Source of the DNA: a virus
Taxonomy: Duplodnaviria > Caudoviricetes
Reading direction: 5' to 3' (one strand)
Virus record (IMG/VR): IMGVR_UViG_3300031450_000011
Span: 1-30,499 of that record
Length of the DNA stretch: 30,499 nt
The position numbers and the translations under genes are program-made. A model generated the notes under the pieces. That model saw nothing but the letters and a program-made list of their open reading frames with translations, made no database searches and had not been told where the DNA came from. Below are positions 1 to 9,831 of this stretch, piece by piece; the first letter of the stretch is position 1; the number at the start of each line of letters is the position of its first letter.

Positions 1-405
1 ACCGGGCTCGCGTTCCACGTCGTCGGCCGCCCGGCGCCGCAGGGCAGCAAACGCGCCCTCGGTCCCGGGCGCATGATCGAGCAGTCGAAGTACGTCAAAC
101 CGTGGCGCGCGGCCGTGGAAGCCGCTGCAAGGGTCGAAATCGGGGCTCTAGGGCGGTCCTGGCGGACGTTGGACGGTCCTCTAGCCCTCTCAGCCACCTT
201 CCGGCTCACGAGGCCGCAGAAGCCAAAATCGCCCTACCCCGACCGGGCGCCCGATTTGGACAAAATTGTCCGCGCCACCCTCGACGCGATGCAGACCGCG
301 GGCGTGTTCGTCAACGACTCCCGGATCGTGCGCATCAAGGCCATCAAGTTCTACGCCGCGCCCGGCCAGCCGACCGGCGCGTTCATCGTCGTGAAGGAGG
401 CGTGA
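1..405 (+). CDS. rusA: RusA-family Holliday junction resolvase (5' truncated by window edge)
   Basis: Frame is open from base 1 (..FHVVGRPAPQGSKR..); motifs PAPQGSK, PDLDKIVRATLDAM, VNDSRIV. Confidence 0.9.
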   Translation, partial: TGLAFHVVGRPAPQGSKRALGPGRMIEQSKYVKPWRAAVEAAARVEIGALGRSWRTLDGPLALSATFRLTRPQKPKSPYPDRAPDLDKIVRATLDAMQTAGVFVNDSRIVRIKAIKFYAAPGQPTGAFIVVKEA

Positions 406-596
406 TGACCAGCGAAGAGCCGGCCACGAACGAGTTCGCGGTCTCCATGATGGCCCTCACCGATCTGTTGGCGCCCGTCGCTGAGGCCGTCGAGGGCTAC
501 CGGGTTGAGCGGGTACGTGAGGGCTACGACGAGCACACCGCCCGCAAGATGGCCGCCGACTACAACGCCGCGCTACTCAGGGTGGTGGCCCGGTGA
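405..596 (+). CDS. Small phage hypothetical protein (MTSEEPAT...)
   Basis: AAGGAGG RBS, start overlaps the rusA stop, GC3-rich codons. Confidence 0.75.
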   Translation: MTSEEPATNEFAVSMMALTDLLAPVAEAVEGYRVERVREGYDEHTARKMAADYNAALLRVVAR

Positions 597-811
597 CCTG
601 CGACGGCGTGTTGTGGGTCGGCGGCGGGATTGCGTCGGATGAAGATCGGACCTGGACCGTCATCGCCTACTGCGATGGAGGCACAGGGGGCAGTTGCGGC
701 TACATCCAAGAGTTGGAGGAATGGCGCGGCGAGCAAGCATGGGGGATCGCCAGCGAGGAGATGGATGACCTGCAAAAGCTCCACCTGGCTCATTCGAGGC
801 GACCCTCGTGA
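593..811 (+). CDS. Small phage hypothetical protein
   Basis: GTGA overlaps with both neighbours. Confidence 0.65.
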   Translation: MTCDGVLWVGGGIASDEDRTWTVIAYCDGGTGGSCGYIQELEEWRGEQAWGIASEEMDDLQKLHLAHSRRPS

Positions 812-1089
812 CCCCCCGCGCCACGTTCCTGGCTGGCGCCGCTCTCGGCGCGTCGTTCGCGGCGGGTGTCCTGGTCGACGCGGCCTGCGACGTCACCGCC
901 CGGGTCGCGTGCTGGGTCGCGCCATGGCAACGGCAGATAGAGCGCGGACGCTTTGATCGGCGGGTGGCCCGCGGCGACTTGATGTCTGGTGACCTGGGGC
1001 GTCTCAGCATCGAAACCATGGAGCGAAAGGCGCATGCCCGCCTCGGGCCGTGCACCGGGACGCTGCCCGACCCGGCGGACGGCACGTGA
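808..1089 (+). CDS. Small phage hypothetical protein with N-terminal hydrophobic segment
   Basis: GTGA coupling; FLAGAALGASFAAGVLV segment. Confidence 0.65.
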   Translation: MTPRATFLAGAALGASFAAGVLVDAACDVTARVACWVAPWQRQIERGRFDRRVARGDLMSGDLGRLSIETMERKAHARLGPCTGTLPDPADGT

Positions 1090-1240
1090 CCGACCACACC
1101 GCCGAGGCCCGGCAACACGCCGCAGTGGTCGCCGGCCGCATGCGACGGTTCCCCACCGGCACTGCGCCGGGCTCGCCGAACTGCACGAGGTGCTCGTCGA
1201 GCTACTGACCGGCGCGATTGAAAGGGCGGCAGGCGAATGA
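1086..1240 (+). pseudogene. Small ORF with apparent 1-nt frameshift at TTCCCC (~1149-1154)
   Basis: Coupled GTG start (MTDHTAEARQHAAVVAGRMRRFP); GC3-rich coding continues in the -1 frame (HRHCAGLAELHEVLVELL...) to a stop coupled to the next ATG. Confidence 0.4.
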
Positions 1241-1452
1241 GCGAGATCGTGGACCTAAGTCAAGCGAGGGAGCGACGTGGCGGTACCGGGTCAGCCGAGT
1301 GTCCGTGCGGGTCGCAGTGGTTCGTGCTGAAGGGCGACCCCTTGGAGTCCGGCGACCGAGGCGCCGTGACCCTGACCCTTGAGGGTCGCGTGACGGGCTA
1401 CTACGGGACACCGCACTGCATCGAGTGTGATCGTCCGTGGCTGCTGTTGTGA
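1237..1452 (+). CDS. Small Cys-containing (Zn-ribbon-like) phage protein
   Basis: CPCG...CIEC motifs; ATGA overlap. Confidence 0.75.
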   Translation: MSEIVDLSQARERRGGTGSAECPCGSQWFVLKGDPLESGDRGAVTLTLEGRVTGYYGTPHCIECDRPWLLL

Positions 1453-1631
1453 CTACCAAGGCCGACCGTCGTCGCGACGACGAGCCGTACACGCGCCAAG
1501 ACTTGCGGGCCGCCGAGGAGGACCACCGGTGGTGGCGCGACTACGACCACTGGCTGCAGGTGACCGGCGACGGCGACCAGGCCGCCTACTGGTGTCGGCG
1601 AGCCGGAGGATGGGTGACGCCGGATGAGTGA
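1449..1631 (+). CDS. Small Trp-rich phage hypothetical protein
   Basis: GTGA overlap with previous stop; overlaps next start. Confidence 0.65.
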   Translation: MTTKADRRRDDEPYTRQDLRAAEEDHRWWRDYDHWLQVTGDGDQAAYWCRRAGGWVTPDE

Positions 1632-2403
1632 CGCCGCCGACAGGATCGCCCGCCACAACAGCGTCCGAACCTGGGAACCGCAATGGCCCGCGCTGTGCAC
1701 ATCGGGTGTGTGCCGACCCGACGACCACGGCGGCCCACGCAGGGCAGCCTTCCACTCCCACATCTGCGACACCTGCGCCGACCACCTCCAACAACAGATG
1801 ACCGGCATCGCAGACGCCTGGCCCGACCTCCAAGAACGGCTCGGCACCGAACAACAACCCGGCCGCGAGAAGGTCACAGGCTCCAAGGACCCCGGCCTGA
1901 TCCTCAACGAAGCAACATCAGACGTCATGCGCGCCGTCACCGACTGGACCTGGTTCCTCGCCCGAGCCCTCCTCGACGAGAAAGACGTCCGCGTCAAAGA
2001 CCAAGACACACCATCCCTGCTGGCCTGGCTCGCGACATGGCACCTGCCCTGGCTGACGCACCTACCCGACCAGGCTATGCAGACCGCCGTCTGTGAGGAA
2101 GGCCGCGAGCTGGCCCGCCGAGTGAAGCGGGTCGCCTACCCCAGCGGCGCCCGCCGCGTCGACATCCCCAGCCTCCGCTGCGTCGAACACACCACCACCG
2201 ACCAAGGTGAGCGGGTGCCCTGCGAAGGGACCATGTTCGTGATCGTGCAACCCGGGATCGACATGGAGATGCCCGACATGGTCTGCACCGTGGACGAGAC
2301 GCACACCGTAGACCCCGCCACGTGGCAGCGCCGCGGGTTCCGCGCAGCCAAGCTCAACGAGGACGCGTCGAGGGAACTGTGGCGCGCGCTGACTGGTACC
2401 TGA
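1624..2403 (+). CDS. Zn-binding phage protein, probable late-gene transcriptional regulator
   Basis: CxxC pairs at both ends; last early gene before the packaging module, where actinophage late regulators often lie (inference). Confidence 0.6.
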   Translation: MSDAADRIARHNSVRTWEPQWPALCTSGVCRPDDHGGPRRAAFHSHICDTCADHLQQQMTGIADAWPDLQERLGTEQQPGREKVTGSKDPGLILNEATSDVMRAVTDWTWFLARALLDEKDVRVKDQDTPSLLAWLATWHLPWLTHLPDQAMQTAVCEEGRELARRVKRVAYPSGARRVDIPSLRCVEHTTTDQGERVPCEGTMFVIVQPGIDMEMPDMVCTVDETHTVDPATWQRRGFRAAKLNEDASRELWRALTGT

Positions 2404-2413
2404 GTGGCAGGTG

Positions 2414-2453
2414 TTGACAAAGTGACGGGGACTTGACACGCTCTGCGTAACGT
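2414..2453 (+). promoter_or_regulatory. Probable late-operon promoter with tandem TTGACA
   Basis: TTGACA at 2414 and 2433; the first has CACGCT 17 nt downstream; TAACGT at 2448. Confidence 0.45.
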
Positions 2454-2522
2454 CGCATCCCCCATGAGGGGACAGCGGCGTTCCTCATGCCACCACTCAG
2501 CCAGTAGCACAGGTGGGCCAAC

Positions 2523-2873
2523 ATGGGTAGCCCCTTCCGTACCACACGCACAGCCCACCTCACCACCACACAGCGCGGCTACGGCATGGCACACAGGCGT
2601 GAGCGTGCACGCAGAGCAGCACGCCACCAACCCACCGACCCCTGCGTCAGGTGCGGTCACCCACTCGGACCCATGAGCAGACAGCTCCACCTAGACCACA
2701 CGCCCGATCGCACTGCCTACCTTGGCTTCAGCCACGGCGGCCCCTGCCCTGTGTGTGGCGTGCGTTGCAACGTCACCGCCGGAGCCAAGGCAGGCAGAGC
2801 CAAGCAGGGCGGACCACCCTCGGCCTACCCCCCCCACCCCCCCACCCATGGTGGCGCGACGCTGCGCTGGTGA
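2523..2873 (+). CDS. Terminase-associated HNH endonuclease (HK97 gp74-like)
   Basis: RGYG..HRRER, CVRCG, HLDH, CNV.AG motifs, directly upstream of small terminase. Confidence 0.8.
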   Translation: MGSPFRTTRTAHLTTTQRGYGMAHRRERARRAARHQPTDPCVRCGHPLGPMSRQLHLDHTPDRTAYLGFSHGGPCPVCGVRCNVTAGAKAGRAKQGGPPSAYPPHPPTHGGATLRW

Positions 2874-2988
2874 GCGGTGGCATACCACCCAGCGCATAAG
2901 CCAATGTCCGTTTTTTACCATTTGTGCGCTAGCGTGACCGCCGGTCGCGCTTTTATCCTTACTAACCCTCAGGCCCAAGGGGGTCCCC
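2874..2988. other. Candidate cos/packaging region
   Basis: AT-richer non-coding gap with T-tracts between HNH and small terminase, the usual cos position in HNH-TerS phages. Confidence 0.4.
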
Positions 2989-3249
2989 GTGGCTCGCCCC
3001 AAGGCGCCGGTAGGCGCCCCACGTGATGCCCCTGGGGCCGGGGAGCATCGTAGGCGGCTGGAATCCCTCCGGGACCGTTTAGAGGCCGCTGTGGCGGAGG
3101 CGGCGCATCGTGACCTGGCGCCGTTGGCTGCCCGCTATCAGGCGGTGCTCACGGAGCTGGCGGGTCTGCCTGACGCGAAGGGTTCTGATGGTATTGACGA
3201 CCTCGCGCAGGCCCGGACCCGTCGTCGGCGCTCAGTCGCCGCGGGTTAG
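2989..3249 (+). CDS. Terminase small subunit
   Basis: LESLRDRL...RDLAPLA...EL...DGIDDLAQARTRR pattern; overlaps terL start. Confidence 0.8.
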   Translation: MARPKAPVGAPRDAPGAGEHRRRLESLRDRLEAAVAEAAHRDLAPLAARYQAVLTELAGLPDAKGSDGIDDLAQARTRRRRSVAAG

Positions 3250-4600
3250 CAGCGTCCCACCGTTCGCGTCTACTGCCGGCCCGGAGGCTGTGAAGCTGGC
3301 GGCCCATGCGGGTCTGATGCTGGACCCGTGGCAGCAGTTGGTCCTGCACGACGGGCTGGGTGAGCGTCCGGACGGCCGGTGGTCGGCGTTCGAGGTGGCG
3401 CTGGTCGTGCCCCGTCAGAACGGCAAGGGTTCGATCCTGGAGGCGTTGGAGCTGGGGGCGCTGTTCCTGTCGGATCCTGACGCCCCGCCGCCGCTGATCC
3501 TGCACTCCGCACATGAGTTCAAAACTTCGGCCGAGCACTTCCGCCGGATGCGTGACTTGGTGGAGGGCACGGACCTGTTCAACCGGCAGGTGCGGATCGT
3601 CCGCACGGGCTCCGGCTCGGAGACGATCGAGCTGCATTCCGGGGCACGTATCCGCTTTGTGACCCGCAGCGGCGGCTCGGGCCGTGGCTTCTCCGCTGAC
3701 CTGATCGTGATCGACGAGGCGTACAACTTGACGGCCGAGTCGATGGCTGCGGTGCTGCCCACGTTGAGCGCGAGACCGAACCCGCAGGTTTGGTATACCT
3801 CCAGCGCGGGTATGGCGTCGTCGGACCAGTTGGCCAGGGTCCGCGAGCGTGGCCTGGCGGGTGGGGACCCGTCGCTGGCGTACTTTGAGTGGTCCGCGCA
3901 GGACGGCGCTGACCTGGACGATCGGGTGGCGTGGGCGGAGGCCAACCCGGCGCTCGGCATCCGGATCAAGGAGACGTTCGTCGTCGCCGAGCGGGCCGCG
4001 TTGCCCGATGAGCAGTTCGGCCGCGAGCGACTGGGCCTGTGGGCTGACCGGTTGGTGGAAGCGGCGATCCCCCTCGCCGCGTGGATGGCTTTGGCTGACC
4101 CTTCCGCCGCCCGGAGCGCCGCGCCGACGTTCGGTGTGGCGGTGGCCCCGGACCGGTCCTGGTCTGCGGTGGCCGCGGCGTGGCGCCGCCCGGACGGGCT
4201 GGTCCAGGTGGGTTTGACGTTGGACGGTTACCGGCCGGACGCGATCTGGCTGCCCGCTCACGTGGAGGCGTTGCGGGTCCGGGCGCCGGGGTGCGGGATG
4301 TGGGTTGACGCCGCTGCTCGTGGGGTCTTGGAGGGGGACGTGAACGAGCCGTCGCCCTCCGAGCAGGCGCAGGCTGACAACGCTCTGGCGGATGCTGTCC
4401 TGGCCCGGTCGGTGCGGCACGGGAACGACGTGGCGGTGGACGTGTCGGTGCGGCACGCGCAATGGAAGCCGATCGGGGACTCCCGGGTGTTGAACCGCCG
4501 GAAGGCCGACAAGGACATTTCCCCCCTGCGCGCCGTGTCGTTGGCGTTGTGGGGTCTGACTGCGGCGGAGGCCACCGACATGATGAACAACATCTGGTGA
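3188..4600 (+). CDS. terL: Terminase large subunit (start ATG 3188 or TTG 3194)
   Basis: LDPWQ, Walker A VPRQNGKG, GRGFSADLIVIDEA Walker B, ANPALG, RERLG, DISPL. Confidence 0.95.
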   Translation: MVLTTSRRPGPVVGAQSPRVSSVPPFASTAGPEAVKLAAHAGLMLDPWQQLVLHDGLGERPDGRWSAFEVALVVPRQNGKGSILEALELGALFLSDPDAPPPLILHSAHEFKTSAEHFRRMRDLVEGTDLFNRQVRIVRTGSGSETIELHSGARIRFVTRSGGSGRGFSADLIVIDEAYNLTAESMAAVLPTLSARPNPQVWYTSSAGMASSDQLARVRERGLAGGDPSLAYFEWSAQDGADLDDRVAWAEANPALGIRIKETFVVAERAALPDEQFGRERLGLWADRLVEAAIPLAAWMALADPSAARSAAPTFGVAVAPDRSWSAVAAAWRRPDGLVQVGLTLDGYRPDAIWLPAHVEALRVRAPGCGMWVDAAARGVLEGDVNEPSPSEQAQADNALADAVLARSVRHGNDVAVDVSVRHAQWKPIGDSRVLNRRKADKDISPLRAVSLALWGLTAAEATDMMNNIW

Positions 4601-4776
4601 TCCGCCGCCGGTTCGTCTACGTCGTCCGCGGCGTCCCCGCCCTATTCCTAGGCCTCGCCGCCGCCCTGCGTGGCCCGGTGGCGTTCGCGTGCCTGGTGTA
4701 TGGCGCGTGGCTGATCGCCCGCCCGGCGGGGCTCATCGTCGCGGGTCTACTGCTGCTACTCGACCGTCTCACCTGA
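4597..4776 (+). CDS. Small membrane protein between terminase and portal
   Basis: GTGA overlap; hydrophobic ..LVYGAWLIARPAGLIVAGLLLL. Confidence 0.75.
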   Translation: MIRRRFVYVVRGVPALFLGLAAALRGPVAFACLVYGAWLIARPAGLIVAGLLLLLDRLT

Positions 4777-4792
4777 CCCGGGAGGTACCCGC

Positions 4793-6064
4793 GTGGGCAT
4801 CCTCTTCGGCCAGGCTGGGCCCGTCGAACGGCGCAACGTGTTCCCCGAGCCGCCGATCCCCCCATTCCTGGGCGCGGACGTCGGCGGCCACGTGTCCGTC
4901 AAGACCAACCCGGACTCCTCGCTGCAAGTACCCGCGGTCTGGTCGTGCGTGAACCTACTGGCCAACACGGTCTCCACGTTGCCGCTGGAGCTGTACTCCC
5001 TGGCCGGCGGCGACGAAGTTCCGACCAAACAACGCCCACCGAAGCTACTGACGTCCCCCTCGCCGAGGGTGACGCAGTCGGAGTGGATCCACCAGCTGAT
5101 GGTGTCGCTGTTGCTGCGCGGCAACGCCTACGGCCGGGTTATCACGCGGGGCTACACCGGGTTCCCGTCGCAGATTCTGATGCTGAACCCGGATGCGGTG
5201 AAGGTCGAGATCGACCGAGACACCGGTGCCACGGTCTACAGCTTGCGACAGGGCGCGACGTGGCAGCGGATACCCACCGAGCAGGTCTTCCACGTCCGGG
5301 GGATGACCCTGCCGGGCGCGGTGGTCGGTCTGTCGCCGATCGCGCACGCCGCCGCGGTGATCGGGCTGGACCTACACTCCCGCCGCTTCGCTGAGGACTT
5401 CTTCAACGGCGGCGGCATACCGAAGGCCGTCCTGTCGGGGCAGCAGCAGCTGAACCCGGAGCAGGCCCGGACGTTGAAGGACCGGCTGATGGCCGCGTTC
5501 CGGGACCGGGAGCCACTGGTCCTCGGCGCGGGCGTGACGTACACCCCGATCCAGGTGAAGCCGGAGGAGTCCCAGTTCCTGCTCACCCAGCAGGCGGATG
5601 TCTCTCAGATCGCCCGGTACTTCAACATCCCCGCCGAGATGATCGGCGGCGCGACCAGCGGCTCGAACATCACCTACGCCAACTTGGGCGAGCGGAACAT
5701 CCACTTCCTCCAGTTCTGCCTCAACTTCTGGCTGAAGCGGATCGAGGACGCCTTCTTCCCGATCTTCCCGCAGCCGCAGTACGTGAAGTTCAGGGTCGAG
5801 GAGATGCTCCGCGTCGACCCGCACACCCGCGCGCAGGTGGACCTGTTGAAGCTCGCGGGGAAGATCGTCACACCCACCGAGGTGCGGCAGGAGTACGGCA
5901 AGCCGCCGATGACCCACGACCAGAAGATCGAGGCGGACATGGTGCCGTTGGGCGTCGGCCCGTTGGGACGCCCGACCGCGATGCCGGGCTTGAAGCTCTT
6001 GCCCGGCCCGCCCGCACCCGTCCCAGCCAACGACCAGCAAGGGGACCCTAATGCCGCTGCTTGA
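4793..6064 (+). CDS. Portal protein, HK97 family
   Basis: AVWSCVNLLA, LLLRGNAY, GLSPI, FFNGG, IARYFNIP, TPTEVR; GGGAGG RBS. Confidence 0.95.
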   Translation: MGILFGQAGPVERRNVFPEPPIPPFLGADVGGHVSVKTNPDSSLQVPAVWSCVNLLANTVSTLPLELYSLAGGDEVPTKQRPPKLLTSPSPRVTQSEWIHQLMVSLLLRGNAYGRVITRGYTGFPSQILMLNPDAVKVEIDRDTGATVYSLRQGATWQRIPTEQVFHVRGMTLPGAVVGLSPIAHAAAVIGLDLHSRRFAEDFFNGGGIPKAVLSGQQQLNPEQARTLKDRLMAAFRDREPLVLGAGVTYTPIQVKPEESQFLLTQQADVSQIARYFNIPAEMIGGATSGSNITYANLGERNIHFLQFCLNFWLKRIEDAFFPIFPQPQYVKFRVEEMLRVDPHTRAQVDLLKLAGKIVTPTEVRQEYGKPPMTHDQKIEADMVPLGVGPLGRPTAMPGLKLLPGPPAPVPANDQQGDPNAAA

Positions 6065-6863
6065 GACCCGCACCGTCGACGCGCAGTTCGAGATGCGCGA
6101 CGACACGGCGTCCGGGGCCCCGATCCTGGAGGGTTACGCGGCGACGTTCAACGTCGAGTACGACCTCGGGACGTTCCGGGAGCAGATCGACCCCGGCGCG
6201 TTCGCCCGTACCCTGAGCAACGGCCCGGACGTGCGGCTGCTGGTGGACCACGAAGGGCAGCCGCTCGCCCGGACCTCGCGGCCTGGCCGACCGGGCACGC
6301 TGACCCTGTCCACGGACTCCCGCGGTCTGCACGCGCGGGCGATGCTGGACCCGGCGGACCCGGATGTGCAGCGGTTGCTGCCGAAGATGCGCCGCGGCGA
6401 CTTGGACCAGATGTCGTTCGCGTTCCGGGTCCCGACCGGTGGCGATTCGTGGTCCACGGACTATAGCCAACGCACCATCCGGGAGGCTTCCCTGGCCGGC
6501 GGCGACGTCAGTGTGGTCACCTACCCGGCGAACCCGGACACGTCCGTGTCGGTGCGGGCGAAGGACGCCCGGGAGGCCCGCGTCGTTGTCGCTGAGGCGC
6601 TGTTCGCTGAGTTGCGCGCCGGAACTTTGGCGCCGGACAACCTGGCGAAGTTGCATCAGATTCTCCTGGAGCTGGCGAAGGCCGACGCAGGGGTCGACGT
6701 CGCCGACAAGGCCCTCGACAACGCCTTGGGGCAGCTTTCGCAGATTCTCGGCGTGCCCAACCCCGATCCCGCCGAACCGGCGGACACCGCAGACGAGCCC
6801 GCCGCGCAACGCGGCCGCCCTCTTGACCTCATGCAGCGGCGTGCGCTGCTGCTGAGCCTGTAA
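6051..6863 (+). CDS. Prohead maturation protease, HK97 family
   Basis: GYAATFN, EQIDPGAF, LLVDH, QMSFAF, DVSVVTYPANP. Confidence 0.95.
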   Translation: MPLLETRTVDAQFEMRDDTASGAPILEGYAATFNVEYDLGTFREQIDPGAFARTLSNGPDVRLLVDHEGQPLARTSRPGRPGTLTLSTDSRGLHARAMLDPADPDVQRLLPKMRRGDLDQMSFAFRVPTGGDSWSTDYSQRTIREASLAGGDVSVVTYPANPDTSVSVRAKDAREARVVVAEALFAELRAGTLAPDNLAKLHQILLELAKADAGVDVADKALDNALGQLSQILGVPNPDPAEPADTADEPAAQRGRPLDLMQRRALLLSL

Positions 6864-6969
6864 CACCCGCCACAGCCCGTCGCCCAGCCCGACCCCGCCA
6901 CGCCGGGTCACCTGCGCGCCACCTGACAAGCGGCAACCAACCCATCACGCACCCAGAAAGGTAACGCTC

Positions 6970-8340
6970 ATGTCTAAGTCTGTTCTGGACACGATGCGGG
7001 AGCGGCGGGCCGCTGTGAAGCAGGAGCTCGACGCCCTGCTGAAGACGGCCGAGACCGAGAACCGCAGCCTCAACACCGAGGAGACGGGCAAGTTCGACCA
7101 ACTTGTCGCCGAGTTCCGCGACACCGGTCCCCGGATCGCCCAGCTAGAGGAGATGGCCCGCGACGAGGCCGCCGCAGCGGAGGCCCGGAAGGGCACCATC
7201 GCGGATGGCGAGCAGCGCAACGGTGTCGCGCACGTCACCGACGCGCCCGTGTACGTCCCTGACGGCGGCACCGGCCACTCGTACTTCAAGGACCTGGCCC
7301 TCCGGTCCGAGGGTGACCGAGACGCCACCGACCGCCTGGTCCGCAACAGCAAGGCCACCGCGGACGAACAGCGCGCCATCGGCAACACGAACGCCACCGG
7401 CGGCTCCGGCGGTGAGTTCGCGCCCCCGACGTGGCTGGTCGACGAGTGGATCAACCTGCTCCGGCCCGGTCGGGTGACCGCGGACCTGTTCAAGAAGAAC
7501 CCGGTCCCGCCCGGAACGCCCAGCATCTCGATCCCGAAGCTGCTCACCGGCACCGCGGTCGCGGTGCAGTCGACGCAGAACACCATCGTCGCGCAGTCGG
7601 ACCTGACGACAGGCTTCGTGTCGACCGGTTTCGCCACGATCGCCGGCAAGGAGGTCGTGTCGCAGCAGCTACTCGACCAGTCGGCGGTGTCGATGGACCG
7701 AGTCATCTCCGACGACCTGGCCGCCGCGTACAACGCTTTCTTCGGGACGCAGATCATCCTCGGGGCGGGCACCGGCGCGAACAACAACTCGGTCCTTAAC
7801 GGGCTGATCAACGCCCCGGTCCTGGCCGCGAACCAGGCAGTCCTGGCCGCGACGCCTACGGCGACGACGTTCTACTCGAAGGCGACCGGCATGCTGGCGT
7901 CGTTTGTCACCAACCGGTTCGCCCAGCCTGAGGTGTGGATCATGCATCCCCGCCGCTGGTACTGGCTGATGAGCCTGTTCGACTCGCAGGGCCGTCCGCT
8001 GGTTGTGCCGGCCGATGTGGCCATGAACCCGATCGCAGTCAACGGCAGCGTCGGCGTGCAGGGCGCGGTTGGGCAGTTCCTGGGCCTTCCCGTGGTCATC
8101 GACCCGAACATTCCGACCAACCTCGGGGTCGGCACCAACCAGGACACCGTCTTCCTGCTGAGGACCTCGGACCTGTGGCTCTACGAGTCGACTCCGCAGG
8201 CGGAGTCCTTCCGGGCGCCGTACGCGGAGTCGTTGGGCGTACTTTTCCGCCTGTTCAACTACGCGGGAACCATCATGAACCGTCTCGGTTCGTCCATCGC
8301 GACCATGAACGGCGCGGGCCTCGTGCCCCCGGCGTTCTGA
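6970..8340 (+). CDS. Major capsid protein, HK97 fold with N-terminal coiled-coil delta domain
   Basis: GAAAGG RBS, coiled-coil N-terminus, GGEFAPP, WIMHPRRW, LGLPVVID. Confidence 0.95.
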   Translation: MSKSVLDTMRERRAAVKQELDALLKTAETENRSLNTEETGKFDQLVAEFRDTGPRIAQLEEMARDEAAAAEARKGTIADGEQRNGVAHVTDAPVYVPDGGTGHSYFKDLALRSEGDRDATDRLVRNSKATADEQRAIGNTNATGGSGGEFAPPTWLVDEWINLLRPGRVTADLFKKNPVPPGTPSISIPKLLTGTAVAVQSTQNTIVAQSDLTTGFVSTGFATIAGKEVVSQQLLDQSAVSMDRVISDDLAAAYNAFFGTQIILGAGTGANNNSVLNGLINAPVLAANQAVLAATPTATTFYSKATGMLASFVTNRFAQPEVWIMHPRRWYWLMSLFDSQGRPLVVPADVAMNPIAVNGSVGVQGAVGQFLGLPVVIDPNIPTNLGVGTNQDTVFLLRTSDLWLYESTPQAESFRAPYAESLGVLFRLFNYAGTIMNRLGSSIATMNGAGLVPPAF

Positions 8341-8355
8341 TAGGAGGGCAGTCAC

Positions 8356-8697
8356 ATGGCTGAGCACGCGACGAAGATCGAGGACGAGGGCACCCTGGTC
8401 CGGGCAGATGTGGACGGCGCGCAGGAGAAGGCGCGCGCGTTGCACCACCTGGCGACGGGGGACCCGGAGCCTGAGCGCGGCGGCGCGCTCACCGGCCCCG
8501 CGCACGAGGAGAAGTACGGCCTCGAACGGGCGGAGGGTTCCACGGCGTCCTGGCGGGCCGCGGGTGTGCACCCGACGCAGAACCGTGCCCTGGTGGGCGA
8601 CGAGGACGGGGCGGACAACGTCCGCGGGGCGGTGGAGTCGACCCAGTCCCCCACGGTGCTGGAGACCACCTCCGGTCCGCGCGCTACCCGCAAGTAG
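8356..8697 (+). CDS. Hypothetical protein downstream of capsid
   Basis: AGGAGG RBS, GC3-rich, followed by hairpin. Confidence 0.75.
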   Translation: MAEHATKIEDEGTLVRADVDGAQEKARALHHLATGDPEPERGGALTGPAHEEKYGLERAEGSTASWRAAGVHPTQNRALVGDEDGADNVRGAVESTQSPTVLETTSGPRATRK

Positions 8698-8703
8698 CAC
8701 TCT

Positions 8704-8739
8704 CCCGCCGGCCCCGTTTCCACGGGCGGGGTCGGCGGG
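8704..8739 (+). terminator. GC-rich hairpin (terminator or mRNA stabiliser) after capsid genes
   Basis: CCCGCCGGCCCCG / CGGGGTCGGCGGG stem; no U-tract. Confidence 0.55.
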
Positions 8740-8765
8740 TCACCACACACGGTCAGGAGCCTTAG

Positions 8766-9374
8766 ATGATCGTGTCGCTCGACGACGTCAAAACGCACCT
8801 GAACATGAGCCTGTCGGGCACCACGAACGACCTGGAGCTGGCCCGGTTCGTGGACGCCGCGACGGGCATCGTCGAGGGTGTCATCGGTTCGGTCACTCCG
8901 ACGACGTACACCAACGAGCCGCACAACGGCGGCTCGACCTCGATCATCACCTACCACCAGCCGGTCATCTCGGTGCAGTCGGTGACCGAGTACACCGGGA
9001 ACACGGTCTGGTCGCTGACCAATCAGGCGGTCGGGGCGTCCACGGACAACTACGGATACACCTTGGACGATCCCCTGTCGGGGCGGATCACCCGCCGCGG
9101 CTCCGCGTCCTATCCGGTCCGGTTCCTGGGAAGCCAGGACGACGTGCTGGTCACCTACACCGCCGGCCGGCTCACCGTGCCGTCGACGGTGCAGCTGGCG
9201 GCGCTCATCATCATCGACGACCTGTGGTCGCAGACGCAGCGGGGTACGGCGCCGCCGATCCCCGGCGGTCCGGCGTCCGACGTCGCGCAGCCAGGGACGT
9301 CGGGTGGGATTCCCTCCCTGGCGTTGGAGCTGCTTGAGGGGTCCGGGATGGCGCGGGTCCCGGGGATCGGGTGA
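8766..9374 (+). CDS. Head-tail connector/adaptor
   Basis: IVSLDDVKTHLN N-terminus, VTYTAG..VPSTVQLAALIII..LW..QRG. Confidence 0.85.
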   Translation: MIVSLDDVKTHLNMSLSGTTNDLELARFVDAATGIVEGVIGSVTPTTYTNEPHNGGSTSIITYHQPVISVQSVTEYTGNTVWSLTNQAVGASTDNYGYTLDDPLSGRITRRGSASYPVRFLGSQDDVLVTYTAGRLTVPSTVQLAALIIIDDLWSQTQRGTAPPIPGGPASDVAQPGTSGGIPSLALELLEGSGMARVPGIG

Positions 9375-9820
9375 GCACCTGCGCGTGGCCGCGAGTCCTC
9401 GCCTGGCTGGAGGCCACGCTGCCGACGCTGCCCGCGTGGGTGGGGGTGCCGGTCTACGACACCGACGTCGTCACCGGGGACGTGCCCTTGCGGTACGCCG
9501 TGGTGGGCCGCACCTCCCCTGACGACGTGTCCGGCAACTTCGTCCGACAGCCCGACCCCTCGGGGCTGGTGGTCGAGGCGGGGACGGTGCGGCTGCACAT
9601 CGTCACCCGCACCGGCGACGTGGACCCGGCGGCCATGCGTTCGCAGGGGTTCGCGTTGCTGGAGCCGCTGGAGGCGGTCATCGGCCTCGACCAGACCCTC
9701 GGCGGGGTCCTCGGCCAGCTCGGTCAGGTCGACCTGACCGTGGACGTCAACTCGGAGTCCACCGAGGGCGGAACAGCGCAGTCGCTTGTCGTGTCCGTGA
9801 ACTACTCCACGCTGATCTGA
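9371..9820 (+). CDS. Probable tail terminator/completion protein
   Basis: Position and size; VPVYD and DQTLGG motifs. Confidence 0.6.
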   Translation: MSTCAWPRVLAWLEATLPTLPAWVGVPVYDTDVVTGDVPLRYAVVGRTSPDDVSGNFVRQPDPSGLVVEAGTVRLHIVTRTGDVDPAAMRSQGFALLEPLEAVIGLDQTLGGVLGQLGQVDLTVDVNSESTEGGTAQSLVVSVNYSTLI

Positions 9821-9831
9821 GAGGAAGCACC

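Noticed and set aside
3110-3187. Longest-ORF start for terL
   Set aside because: Deep overlap with the small terminase and no RBS; 3188/3194 fits the usual overlap
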